This document shows, one piece after another, positions 1 to 8,420 of a stretch of DNA of 32,000 bases. The DNA comes from Pyrodictium occultum. Its GTDB lineage: Archaea > Thermoproteota > Thermoprotei_A > Sulfolobales > Pyrodictiaceae. Below the pieces are notes generated by a model. The model saw only the letters and a list, made by a program, of their open reading frames with translations. It was not told the DNA's origin and did not search any database. The position numbers were made by a program, and so were the translations under genes. The stretch is taken from the NCBI RefSeq assembly GCF_001462395.1, contig NZ_LNTB01000002.1, positions 78,836-110,835 on the forward strand. The letters run 5' to 3'. Every line of letters begins with the position of its first letter. Position 1 is the first letter of the stretch.

Positions 1-438
1 CTCCCTGGCCGCGTCCCTTAGCTCGTCGTAGGTCACCCTGGCCCCCGTGAGGCTCGTCCTCGCCTTGTCGAGCAGCTTGGCGGCCGTACCGGGGTCCGAC
101 ACTGCTATGCTCCTCCTGGCCTCCGCCAGTAGGCTCCTCGTCTCGTTGACCTGAGCGGCGAGCCTGTCTAGCAGGCTGTTAAGCCTCTCAAGGGTGTAGC
201 GGAGGCCCGCCGGGGCGTAGACCTGCTCCGCGAGGGACAGCCCCGCCCTGGCGGCCGAGAGGTTCATTGACCCGATTGCCTCCGCGACCCTGGCGTAGAG
301 GGCCAGGAGGGCTAGGGGGCTGGGCCCCTCCCCCCTCGCGGTGGAGGGGTCCACGTGCCTAGGGGGCCTGGCGGCCCAGGCTGCCGCCAGGGCGAGCAGG
401 GCCAGGAGGGCTAGGGCTGGGAGTACGCGCCTCCTCAC
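1..438 (-). CDS. Exported/membrane-anchored coiled-coil protein, partial (C-terminus runs off the window)
   Basis: Reverse complement is open from GTG at 438 to base 1: MRRRVLPALALLALLALAAAWAARPPRHVDPSTARGEG..., a signal/TM segment followed by a helical region (LERLNSLLDRLAAQVNETRSLLAEARRS). The start overlaps the stop of the upstream 435..680 ORF. Not in the supplied ORF track, presumably because it has no stop in the window. Confidence 0.65.
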   Translation of the reverse strand, partial: MRRRVLPALALLALLALAAAWAARPPRHVDPSTARGEGPSPLALLALYARVAEAIGSMNLSAARAGLSLAEQVYAPAGLRYTLERLNSLLDRLAAQVNETRSLLAEARRSIAVSDPGTAAKLLDKARTSLTGARVTYDELRDAARE

Positions 439-680
439 CGCCCGAGCACCTCGGCCACCCTGAACCCCACGGCTATGGTGAAGGCTGCGAGGAGCGCGGC
501 GTGGAGCCAGTCCCTACCCCTCCTCGCAGGCCTGAGCACAGCCTTGACCACGGTGTACTCCAGCGTGTACATCGCTATGTATGCGTCCAGCCTCTCCTCC
601 CCCAGGGCCCAGAGCGTGGACACGGTTAGGGCCACCATGATGGCGAGCAGTGTGTTGGCTAGGCGGCTCCTATCCACCAT
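435..680 (-). CDS. Small membrane protein (about 81 aa, two predicted TM segments)
   Basis: MVDRSRLANTLLAIMVALTVSTLWALGEERLDAYIAMYTLEY... with hydrophobic segments at both ends; sits tightly between two same-strand genes. Confidence 0.6.
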   Translation of the reverse strand: MVDRSRLANTLLAIMVALTVSTLWALGEERLDAYIAMYTLEYTVVKAVLRPARRGRDWLHAALLAAFTIAVGFRVAEVLGR

Positions 681-686
681 GAGGCT

Positions 687-1361
687 CTACCCCTCGGGCC
701 TCCCGACGACTATCCTCCTGGCCCGGGGCCCGGCCCTCCGGTCGGCCTCCAGCAGGGCGCTCCCCCATAGCAGGGCTGCGGCGGAGGCGGCCACCACCCC
801 GTATATGCTCCCCACGGTGTCCTCGAGGCTCGCCGGAGCCGCCACGCGCTCCCCGTGGACCTCGACCACCAGCCTGTCCCCCTGGTCGACGCAGTCCAGC
901 CAGTCGGCTAGGCCTAGGAGGTCTGTGAGCAGGTACCCCACCGCCGCGCACGGCTCCGTGAAGCCCTCCACCATGCTCCCCGAGACGGGCGAGCGGAGGA
1001 CCAGGACCGGCCTCCCCCCGCAAACCGTTATCGGCGTGGCCGGGGGCCCGCCGGGGCCGGGGCAGCCGGCCGCCCCGACGTAGATGTAGACCGTGCCGCC
1101 GCTGCTCCGGTACAGGCTCGGCCCCCGGGCCCCGAGGGCCTCCAGGAGCCCGGCTATGTTCGAGAACGCGTTCTCGAGGAGCAGGAGGGCCTCCCTCACC
1201 CCGGTGCAGGCCTCGGGGGTGAGGTACATGGATGCGCCCACCACCGCCAGGCCCAGCCAGAGGGCCGTGAGGGGCCCGGGGCCTATGAGCAGGTAGGTGG
1301 CCGCCGCGAGCACCGCCGCCGAGACTGCTACGGCTAGCCCAGCTGCCTGGTAGGCGGCCAT
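687..1361 (-). CDS. Membrane protein with N-terminal TM pair and C-terminal TM, function unknown
   Basis: ORF 687..1397; the more likely start is at MAAYQAAGLAVAVSAAVLAAATYLLIG (about 1361). Six-nucleotide gap to the next minus-strand ORF suggests an operon. Confidence 0.6.
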   Translation of the reverse strand: MAAYQAAGLAVAVSAAVLAAATYLLIGPGPLTALWLGLAVVGASMYLTPEACTGVREALLLLENAFSNIAGLLEALGARGPSLYRSSGGTVYIYVGAAGCPGPGGPPATPITVCGGRPVLVLRSPVSGSMVEGFTEPCAAVGYLLTDLLGLADWLDCVDQGDRLVVEVHGERVAAPASLEDTVGSIYGVVAASAAALLWGSALLEADRRAGPRARRIVVGRPEG

Positions 1362-1504
1362 CGCCGGGCCTCCCTGCCCCACCGGGGCCCGCGGCACCTA
1401 GCATCTTAAACCCTCGCATACCGTAGGTGCTAGCCGCGCGGCCTGGAGGCTCCAGGCTCCCTCTCCCGGGGCCGCGGGGGCTTGCAGGGGTCTTGAGGGC
1501 CGGC

Positions 1505-2638
1505 ATGAGGGGCCTGACGGTACTGATACCCGTCCTCGACGAGGCCGAGGCTATAGGCAGGGTTATAGACGAGGTCGTCTCGGCGGGCGTCCCCAGGGAG
1601 AACATCCTGGTCGTGGACGGGGGCAGCAGGGACGGGACGGTCGAGATAGCCAGGGCCCGCGGGGTGAGGGTGGTGAGGCAGGAGGGCCGCGGGAAGGCTA
1701 TGGCTGTCAAGACGGGGCTGCGCCACGTCTCAACCCCCTACGTCCTCGTCATGGACGGGGACTACACGTACCCCGCGGAGTATATACCCGTCCTCTACCG
1801 GGTCCTGGTCGAGGGCGGCTACGACCTAGTGATAGGCGCCCGCGTGCCCGAGCGGGGCGCGCAGAGCCTCGTCTACCGGGTGGGGAACGCGCTGCTCACA
1901 AGGCTCTTCAACCTCCTCTTCGGCACCAGGCTTAGCGACGTGCTGAGCGGCATGTACGCGGCCCGGACCAGGAGGCTCCGGGAGCTGGGCTTCGAGATGC
2001 AGGGGTTCAGCATAGAGTCCGAGATAGCCGCCCACGTGGCCTCCACCACGGGGAGGATAGCGGAGGTCCCCATCAGGTACAGGAGGAGGCTTGGGAGGAA
2101 GAAGCTCCGGGTCCTCCACGGCCTGTCCATAGCCAGGGACATGGTCCGGCTCGCGTGGAGGTACAACCCCGCCTTCCTCATATTCCTGCTAGGCGGCCTC
2201 CTCCTCGCCCCGGGGCTCGGGCTGGGGGGCTGGGTCGCCTACATGTACCTGGCCCACGGGGTCAAGCACTACGTGAAGGGGCTGGCAGCGGTGGTGCTCT
2301 CCTCCACGGGCCTCGCCAGCCTCCTCCTCGCAGTGATGGCCCTCTACCTTAAGAGGGCCGAGATGAGGCTCCAGAGGAGGCTGGAGGAGCTCGCCGAGAG
2401 GCTCAACCGCCTACTGGAAGAGCGCGTCGATGAGGGGGGAGAGGGGCCTGGCGAGCCTCCCAGCCCTCTCCCCGAGCAGCCCCCGGGCCAGGTCGCGGAG
2501 GTCGCGGCGCTCCAGGACCCCCAGCCGGCCGTAGGCGGGGTAGCTGAGCGCGAGGAGGGCGGCGCCCGCGAGCCAGTGGAGCCCCAGGATCCTGGCCAGG
2601 GCAGCCAGCGCCGCGGGCACGGCGGCAGCCCCGCCTAG
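1505..2638 (+). CDS. GT2 glycosyltransferase, dolichyl-phosphate-mannose/glucose synthase-like, with C-terminal TM pair
   Basis: MRGLTVLIPVLDEAEAIGRVIDEVV...ILVVDGGSRDGT...VLVMDGDYTYP (DxD-type motif), then FLIFLLGGLLLAPG and a second TM helix. Start placed at ATG 1505 rather than 1427. The last ~75 codons are antisense to the flippase gene. Confidence 0.85.
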   Translation: MRGLTVLIPVLDEAEAIGRVIDEVVSAGVPRENILVVDGGSRDGTVEIARARGVRVVRQEGRGKAMAVKTGLRHVSTPYVLVMDGDYTYPAEYIPVLYRVLVEGGYDLVIGARVPERGAQSLVYRVGNALLTRLFNLLFGTRLSDVLSGMYAARTRRLRELGFEMQGFSIESEIAAHVASTTGRIAEVPIRYRRRLGRKKLRVLHGLSIARDMVRLAWRYNPAFLIFLLGGLLLAPGLGLGGWVAYMYLAHGVKHYVKGLAAVVLSSTGLASLLLAVMALYLKRAEMRLQRRLEELAERLNRLLEERVDEGGEGPGEPPSPLPEQPPGQVAEVAALQDPQPAVGGVAEREEGGAREPVEPQDPGQGSQRRGHGGSPA

Positions 2639-3910
2639 CAGCCTCCAGTCGAGCCGCAGGCCCAGGCCCCCGGCCACGGCCGCGCTGTAGGCCAGCCCGG
2701 CGTAGGAGCCCAGGGCGTACGCCACGGCCGCCCCGAGGCCGTGGAGCCTGGGGACGAGGACGAGGTAGAGGAGCAGCCTGGGCAGGCTGGCGGCGAGGCC
2801 CTGGGCGAGCACCAGGCGGTACCTCCCATGGGCGTAGGCCAGGCTCGACACGGTCGCGTTGACCGCGTCCGGCAGGAAGCCCGTGAGGAGGACGGCCAGC
2901 TCAGCCGAGGCGGAGGCGTAGCCCCTGCCCAGGAGGCCCAGGACCAGCCCGGGGTAGGCGGCGGCGTAGAACGCCACGGGGGCGGTGACGGCCAGGCTCA
3001 CCCTCAGGGCCCTCCAGGCGGCCCCACCCCTCCCCCCGGCCATGCCGCTGAGCACCGGGAGGAGGAGGCTCAGCACGCTCATACCGAGCCCCGTAGCGAG
3101 GCCCGCGGCGGCGAAGGCCACGTAGTAGTAGCCCGTCTCCACGGCCCCGCTGCTCCCGTAGACGAGTAGCACGCCCAGCCACTGGCCGGCGAGGACCACG
3201 ACGCCCGGGGCCCAGGAGGCCAGGCCGGCGGCCAGGACCCCCGCCACCGCGGCCGCGTCCAGGCCGATCCAGGCCCCGTAGCGCCTAGCCAGGTAGGGGA
3301 GCCCCACCAGGAGCACCGCGGCGGGGAGGAGGGCGTAGCCCGCCACGACCCCGGGGAGCCCGGCCCCGAGGGCCACGAGCCCCGCGCCCAGGGCCAGCTT
3401 GGAGAGGTTGCCCAGCAGCCTGGAGGCGAGGACCAGGTCGCTGCGGAGGAGGGCGAGCAGGGCAGCCTCCACCACCCCGGCCACGCCCAGCGCCGCCAGG
3501 GCGCCGGAGAGGAGGAGCATCCGGGGCCCGAGGCCCCCCAGCCCCCGGCCCGCGAGCCCCAGGAGGGCCAGGGCGGAGCCGGCGGCCAGGTAGACCAGGG
3601 CCATAGCGTAGAGCGTCGACCAGAAGACCCTCCGGAGGCAGGCCTCGTCCCCAGCCCCCAGGCACCTGCCCAGCCGGTGCTGGAGCCCGGCGCCCGCACC
3701 GAGCCCCGCAGCCCCCGAGACGAGGCCGGCGAGCCCAACCACGGCCGAGGCCCTGCCCAGGAGCCCGGGGCCGGCGAGCCTCGAGACCACGAGCCAGTAG
3801 AGGAAGCCGCCGAGAGCGTTAACCAGCCTAGAGGCGTAGAGCCAAAGCCCCCCGCGCACAAGCCTGGAGAGGCTCAAGCCCGCCCAGAACCCCGCAGGAG
3901 AGAAGGGCAC
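2411..3910 (-). CDS. Polysaccharide/oligosaccharide flippase, Wzx/MATE-like (RfbX family-like)
   Basis: 499 aa, about 12-14 hydrophobic segments, starts MPFSPAGFWAGLSLSRLVRGGLWLYASRLVNALGGFLYWLVVSRLAGPGLLGRASAVVGLAG, the typical N-terminus of the family. Confidence 0.8.
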   Translation of the reverse strand: MPFSPAGFWAGLSLSRLVRGGLWLYASRLVNALGGFLYWLVVSRLAGPGLLGRASAVVGLAGLVSGAAGLGAGAGLQHRLGRCLGAGDEACLRRVFWSTLYAMALVYLAAGSALALLGLAGRGLGGLGPRMLLLSGALAALGVAGVVEAALLALLRSDLVLASRLLGNLSKLALGAGLVALGAGLPGVVAGYALLPAAVLLVGLPYLARRYGAWIGLDAAAVAGVLAAGLASWAPGVVVLAGQWLGVLLVYGSSGAVETGYYYVAFAAAGLATGLGMSVLSLLLPVLSGMAGGRGGAAWRALRVSLAVTAPVAFYAAAYPGLVLGLLGRGYASASAELAVLLTGFLPDAVNATVSSLAYAHGRYRLVLAQGLAASLPRLLLYLVLVPRLHGLGAAVAYALGSYAGLAYSAAVAGGLGLRLDWRLLGGAAAVPAALAALARILGLHWLAGAALLALSYPAYGRLGVLERRDLRDLARGLLGERAGRLARPLSPLIDALFQ

Positions 3911-3981
3911 CAGGCCCCGGGAGGGAGGCTTTTAACCCCCGCCGCCCCACGCCGCCCGCACAGGCCGGAGGGGCCCCGGGA

Positions 3982-4413
3982 GTGCCGCTACTCGCGGAGC
4001 TGGCGAGCCGCCTAGACCAGGGCCCCGGTAGCCGGGCCCTCGAGAAGGCGAGGGAAGCGGTAGCCAGGATACTCCTCCCAGAGAGGATCACGGGGCCCCT
4101 CATCCAGAAGTACATCCGGAAAGCAATACTCAACCACACCTGGCACGCCCTACCCCCCGAGACCAGGGCGCTCATGCTCCTCGCCCGCCGCCTCCCGAGA
4201 ATAAAATCCCCCACCCTAGCATCCATCCTGAAGCAGGCCTTCCTGAGAATAGAGCTCGCAACCACCCGGGGCCAAGCCCTCCTCTACGGAGCACTCATAG
4301 CCATGAAGAAGGCGGCCCAGGACCTCCACAGGCTACTCCACAACGCCAGCAAGCTACTCATACTAGGACTATCCTACCTCAACAACCCGCCGATATACAG
4401 GATATACGGCTAG
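3982..4413 (+). CDS. Hypothetical protein, 143 aa
   Basis: GTG start; open frame without overlap by a better ORF; composition similar to the following gene. Confidence 0.45.
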   Translation: MPLLAELASRLDQGPGSRALEKAREAVARILLPERITGPLIQKYIRKAILNHTWHALPPETRALMLLARRLPRIKSPTLASILKQAFLRIELATTRGQALLYGALIAMKKAAQDLHRLLHNASKLLILGLSYLNNPPIYRIYG

Positions 4414-4469
4414 AGCCCCCCGGGAGCCGTGAAGGCCCACAGCCCAGAGACGGCAGGCACCGGGGCAGC

Positions 4470-4596
4470 GGACACAGCCCTGCTAGAAGCCGCCGAGCCC
4501 CACACAGACGAGCATAACACGGCAGCACGGACTACGACATGCAGGAAACAGTGCCAGACACGCCAGCAGTGGACACAGCCCTGCTAGAAGCCGCCG
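4470..4596 (+). repeat. 26-bp direct repeat, copies at 4470-4495 and 4571-4596
   Basis: ggacacagccctgctagaagccgccg occurs at both positions, 101 bp apart. The second copy encodes DTALLEAA near the N-terminus of the downstream GT2; the first encodes the same peptide in a short upstream GTG-initiated frame. Confidence 0.85.
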
Positions 4597-5693
4597 GGGC
4601 AGCCCTCGCAGCCATACACTTCGGGGTGCCCCTAGCCTACTACTTGTACCTCAGGAGGGCCTGGCTCCGCAGGCCCTGGGGGCTGAGGAGGGACCCCGGG
4701 TACACGCCCAGGGTGGTAGTGGTAGTGCCGACCTACAACGAGGCAGACCTCATAGAGCGTAAGCTCGACGACATCTACAGGCAGGACTACCCCCGCGAAA
4801 AGCTCGAAGTAGTGGTAGTGGACTCAGCCAGCACCGACGGCACCCCGGAGAAGGCTAGAAGGTGGGCCTCCAAGCACCCAGACCTAAAGGTCAGGCTCGT
4901 AGAGGAGCCCGCCAGGAGAGGCAAGGCGCACGCGCTAAACACAGCGCTAAAACACATCCCGCCAGACGCCGAGGTCGTAATCCTAACCGACGCAGACTCG
5001 TTCTGGCCCCAGAGAGACACGGTAAGGAGGGCCGTAGCCTACCTGGCAGACCCCACCGTGGGCGCCGTCTCCTGCCTCAAGAAGCCGGCGGGCCAGGGCC
5101 CCGGGGGCGTCGAGGAGGCCTACAGGAGCCTCTACAACCAGGTAAGGCTCGCAGAGAGCAAAGCCCACTCAACACCAATATTCCACGGGGAGCTAGCAGC
5201 CTACAGGAAGAGCCTCCTAGAAGAGATAGGAGGATTCCCGGAAGACCTCGGCGCAGACGACAGCCACACAGCAACCCTAATAGCGCTCAAAGGCCGCAGG
5301 GCGATAACACCCGAAGACGTATGGTGCACAGAGCTAGTGCCGAGAAAAGGCTACACCAGGTGGAGGATCCGCAGAGCGCAACACCTAACCCAACACTTCC
5401 AGAAAATCCTGAAAACAAGCCACAAAACACCAAGCCAGCTCAAGAGGATACTAGCAGTAGAGGCATACCTACACCTAGCCAACCCATGGCTACTACCAGC
5501 CGCCGCCGCACTACTAGCACTAGCCGCCGCCCACAAAAGCCCCTCAGCCATCATACTACTAGCCCTAGCCGCCGCGCTACTAGCGTACAAGCCGTACAGG
5601 ACGTGGATAACAACACAACTATACCTCACAGCAGCAATGATAAGAAACCTACACACAAAGGAGATAACATGGGAAAAGCAGACCAAACAGTAA
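4539..5693 (+). CDS. Membrane GT2 glycosyltransferase (cellulose/hyaluronan-synthase-like fold)
   Basis: RVVVVVPTYNEADLIERKLDDIYRQDYPREKLEVVVVDSASTDGTPEKA...VVILTDADSFW...; C-terminal TM segments. Confidence 0.85.
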   Translation: MQETVPDTPAVDTALLEAAGAALAAIHFGVPLAYYLYLRRAWLRRPWGLRRDPGYTPRVVVVVPTYNEADLIERKLDDIYRQDYPREKLEVVVVDSASTDGTPEKARRWASKHPDLKVRLVEEPARRGKAHALNTALKHIPPDAEVVILTDADSFWPQRDTVRRAVAYLADPTVGAVSCLKKPAGQGPGGVEEAYRSLYNQVRLAESKAHSTPIFHGELAAYRKSLLEEIGGFPEDLGADDSHTATLIALKGRRAITPEDVWCTELVPRKGYTRWRIRRAQHLTQHFQKILKTSHKTPSQLKRILAVEAYLHLANPWLLPAAAALLALAAAHKSPSAIILLALAAALLAYKPYRTWITTQLYLTAAMIRNLHTKEITWEKQTKQ

Positions 5694-5713
5694 AAGGGCG
5701 GGTTCCAGAACCC

Positions 5714-6784
5714 ATGAAGATACTCTACATAACTCCTAGATACTATCCGCATATAGGTGGTGTGGAGTATGTAGTGAAGTCTGTCGCTGAGAGGCTGGTT
5801 AGATGGGGGCATAAAGTTGCTGTGTTCTCTGGAGAACCCAATATAGAGATTCCTAAGGAAGATAATGTCAATAATGTACATGTAATTAGGTGGCCTGTAT
5901 GGAGCCCCTCTAATGCTTATCATGTACCGAGAAAAAAGACCTTGTTTGAAAGAATGTTGGAAAATCTGCTGGATGATATAGATGTACTTCATATTCACAA
6001 CATACATAGTGTTTTAACATATTATGCATGGAAAATTTGGAGACGAAGAAAAAACTGCAAGTTGATTTTAACGCCTTATTATCATGGAACAGGTCATACA
6101 GTAATTAGGAGAATGTTGTGGATCGGATGGAGAAGAATAATTAGAAGGATAATAAGAGATGCATATAGGGTTCATACAGTATCGCAATTAGAAGCTTCAT
6201 TGATATCAAGAGATTTCCAGGTGCCGGCTGTACCGATCGAAAACGGGGTTGAAGAGAAAGTTAAAAGGCTCAATTGGAAACCTAGCAATTATGTTCTTTA
6301 TGCAGGTAGGATTGAGAAATATAAAAATATTCATAGGCTAGCTAAAATAATATTGATGCTTAATAAGAAATATGGATATGATCTTAGCTTTATGGTTATT
6401 GGTGAAGGCCCATATAGAGAAAAGCTTAAAAAATATTTAGATAATATAGGAATCAATTATGTGATCTCACACTTTAAACCATATGAGGAATACCTCAAAA
6501 TACTTTCGCAAGCATACTTCTTTGGATTGCTATCTGAAAAGGAATCTTATCCTCAGAGTGTGAATGAGGCCAATGCCATTGGAGTACCGGTGGTTATAGC
6601 AAAACCTTGGGGAGCAAATTTTAATAAAAGAAGGAGAACATTAATAATTGATCCAGAAAGCAATAGTGAGGTTTTAGCCATGAAAATAAGCGAATTCTTA
6701 AAACAAGTAGCTAATGAGCCTAGATCTAATGTCCCTACATGGGATGAGATCGCTAAAATATACATTCAAAAACTGTATAGCTAG
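5714..6784 (+). CDS. GT4 glycosyltransferase (group 1)
   Basis: MKILYITPRYYPHIGGVEYVVKSVAERLVRWGHKVAVFSG...VLYAGRIEKYKNIHRLA...GLLSEKESYPQSVNEANAIGVPVVIAKPWG. The longer 4862 start is an out-of-frame extension over the previous gene. Confidence 0.88.
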   Translation: MKILYITPRYYPHIGGVEYVVKSVAERLVRWGHKVAVFSGEPNIEIPKEDNVNNVHVIRWPVWSPSNAYHVPRKKTLFERMLENLLDDIDVLHIHNIHSVLTYYAWKIWRRRKNCKLILTPYYHGTGHTVIRRMLWIGWRRIIRRIIRDAYRVHTVSQLEASLISRDFQVPAVPIENGVEEKVKRLNWKPSNYVLYAGRIEKYKNIHRLAKIILMLNKKYGYDLSFMVIGEGPYREKLKKYLDNIGINYVISHFKPYEEYLKILSQAYFFGLLSEKESYPQSVNEANAIGVPVVIAKPWGANFNKRRRTLIIDPESNSEVLAMKISEFLKQVANEPRSNVPTWDEIAKIYIQKLYS

Positions 6785-6795
6785 GTGACAATTTT

Positions 6796-7743
6796 ATGAG
6801 GGGAAAAGCATTAATCACTGGTGGTGCGGGCTTCATCGGTAGCCACTTAGTTGATAGACTCCTCAAAGAGGGGTGGGCTGTAAGAGTAGTCGATAATTTT
6901 AGCTCGGGCAGGTATAGTAATCTAGCTCATCATAGAGACAATCCTATGTTGGAAATAATTAGAGGAGACCTCAAGGATGCTGAGACAAGTATGAGGGTCG
7001 TAGAGGGGGTTGACGTCGTTTTCCACTATGCTGCCAATCCTGAAGTTCGCGTGAGCACTACAAACCCCGATATACATTTCAATGAGAATGTAGTGGCCAC
7101 TTTTAACCTCCTAGAAGCTATGAGGAAGAAAGATATTAGGAAGCTCGTCTTTGCATCCTCTAGCAGCGTCTATGGTGAGCCTGAGAAAATACCGGTTAGT
7201 GAAAACGCACCGATAAAACCAGTATCCGTTTATGGGGCTAGTAAAGCTGCATGCGAGTCGCTAATACATGCATATAGTAAGCTATATGGGATAAAATCCG
7301 TTGTTCTTAGATACGCAAATGTCGTAGGACCTAGGCTTAGACACGGCATCATATACGATATAATTCAGAAACTAAGGAAAAATCCGAGAAGGCTAGAAGT
7401 CTTAGGCGATGGAACACAGGTTAGGAGCTACATCTATATCACAGATGCCATCGAGGCCACAATGCTTACCTTCAAAAACATGAATGATTATTTTGAAGTA
7501 TACAATATAGGAAACGAGGACTGGATCACGGTAGACGAGGTAGTAAATGTAATTATAAAAGTTATGGGGCTAAGTAATGTAGAGATAATCCATAAGCCTA
7601 TAGCCCATGGAGTAGGATGGCCAGGTGATGTGAAAAGAATAGCGCTTAGTATTGAGAAGCTGAAAAGCTTAGGATTTAAACCAAGAATGAATAGTATAGA
7701 ATCTGTGAAGGAGGCGGCCAAGCATGTCGCAAATGAACCCTAA
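6796..7743 (+). CDS. NAD-dependent NDP-sugar epimerase/dehydratase (GalE-like SDR)
   Basis: MRGKALITGGAGFIGSHLVDRLLKEG...FASSSSVYGEPEKIPVSENAPIKPVSVYGASKAACE: Rossmann motif and YxxxK. Confidence 0.9.
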   Translation: MRGKALITGGAGFIGSHLVDRLLKEGWAVRVVDNFSSGRYSNLAHHRDNPMLEIIRGDLKDAETSMRVVEGVDVVFHYAANPEVRVSTTNPDIHFNENVVATFNLLEAMRKKDIRKLVFASSSSVYGEPEKIPVSENAPIKPVSVYGASKAACESLIHAYSKLYGIKSVVLRYANVVGPRLRHGIIYDIIQKLRKNPRRLEVLGDGTQVRSYIYITDAIEATMLTFKNMNDYFEVYNIGNEDWITVDEVVNVIIKVMGLSNVEIIHKPIAHGVGWPGDVKRIALSIEKLKSLGFKPRMNSIESVKEAAKHVANEP

Positions 7744-8419
7744 AGTATCAGCCATAAACTCTATTCTTAGCCGGTTAAGACTGGCTCGTGACTCAAAGCT
7801 TTTAGACATAGGTTGTGGCGACGGTAGTTTAACTATCCTTATTGCTAATAAGCTTAAAGTAAGTGAAATATATTGTATCGATGTAGACGAAAACGCATTA
7901 AGTATAGCTAATAAAAAGGGTATAATTACTTTCAAGCTTGACATAAGCAGAGATGATCTTCCTTTTCCAGAAAATACTTTTGATCTATGCCTTATGCTTG
8001 ACGTGATAGAACATCTTGAAAACCCAGATCATGCACTTAGAGAAGCTTATAGAGTCCTAAAAAGAGGGGGATACTTACTGATCACAACTCCGAACATGGC
8101 TTCATGGTATAATCGTTTACTACTACTTCTCGGAAAACCTATCCTAGGCATTGACTTATCTAAAGAGTTTAGGTACAGGTACCCTCTTGGTGTAACACAG
8201 GTTATATCTGGACACCTAAGGCTTTACACCCTAGATGCACTTAGGAAGATGCTCTTTTATCACGGATTTAGAGTAAAGTATGAAGCCGGATATCCACAGG
8301 TCTTCTCAAAAACTCAGGTAAAGGGCTTCATACGCCTGGTTAGGCTTCTAGATGCATCTATCGCGCGCATCAGCAAGACCTGGGCGGCTAACCTATTAGT
8401 GTTAGCTGTTAAGAGCTGA
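7724..8419 (+). CDS. SAM-dependent methyltransferase (Methyltransf_11-like)
   Basis: LLDIGCGDGSLTILIANKLKVSEIYCIDVDENALSIA...DLCLMLDVIEHLENPDHALREAYRVLKRGGYLLITTPN; overlaps the previous stop by 20 bp. Confidence 0.88.
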   Translation: MSQMNPKVSAINSILSRLRLARDSKLLDIGCGDGSLTILIANKLKVSEIYCIDVDENALSIANKKGIITFKLDISRDDLPFPENTFDLCLMLDVIEHLENPDHALREAYRVLKRGGYLLITTPNMASWYNRLLLLLGKPILGIDLSKEFRYRYPLGVTQVISGHLRLYTLDALRKMLFYHGFRVKYEAGYPQVFSKTQVKGFIRLVRLLDASIARISKTWAANLLVLAVKS

Positions 8420-8420
8420 C

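Noticed and set aside
670-1710. 346-aa minus-strand ORF
   Set aside because: Overlaps a better membrane-protein ORF and the GT2 start; proline/arginine/glycine-rich translation typical of antisense or shifted frames in GC-rich DNA.
3079-3861. 260-aa minus-strand ORF inside the flippase
   Set aside because: Same strand, different frame from a clear Wzx-like gene; W/S/G/P-rich low-complexity translation.
4862-5713. Long N-terminal extension of the GT4 ORF (4862..6784)
   Set aside because: Overlaps the well-supported GT2 in another frame and has no domain-like sequence; true start is ATG 5714.
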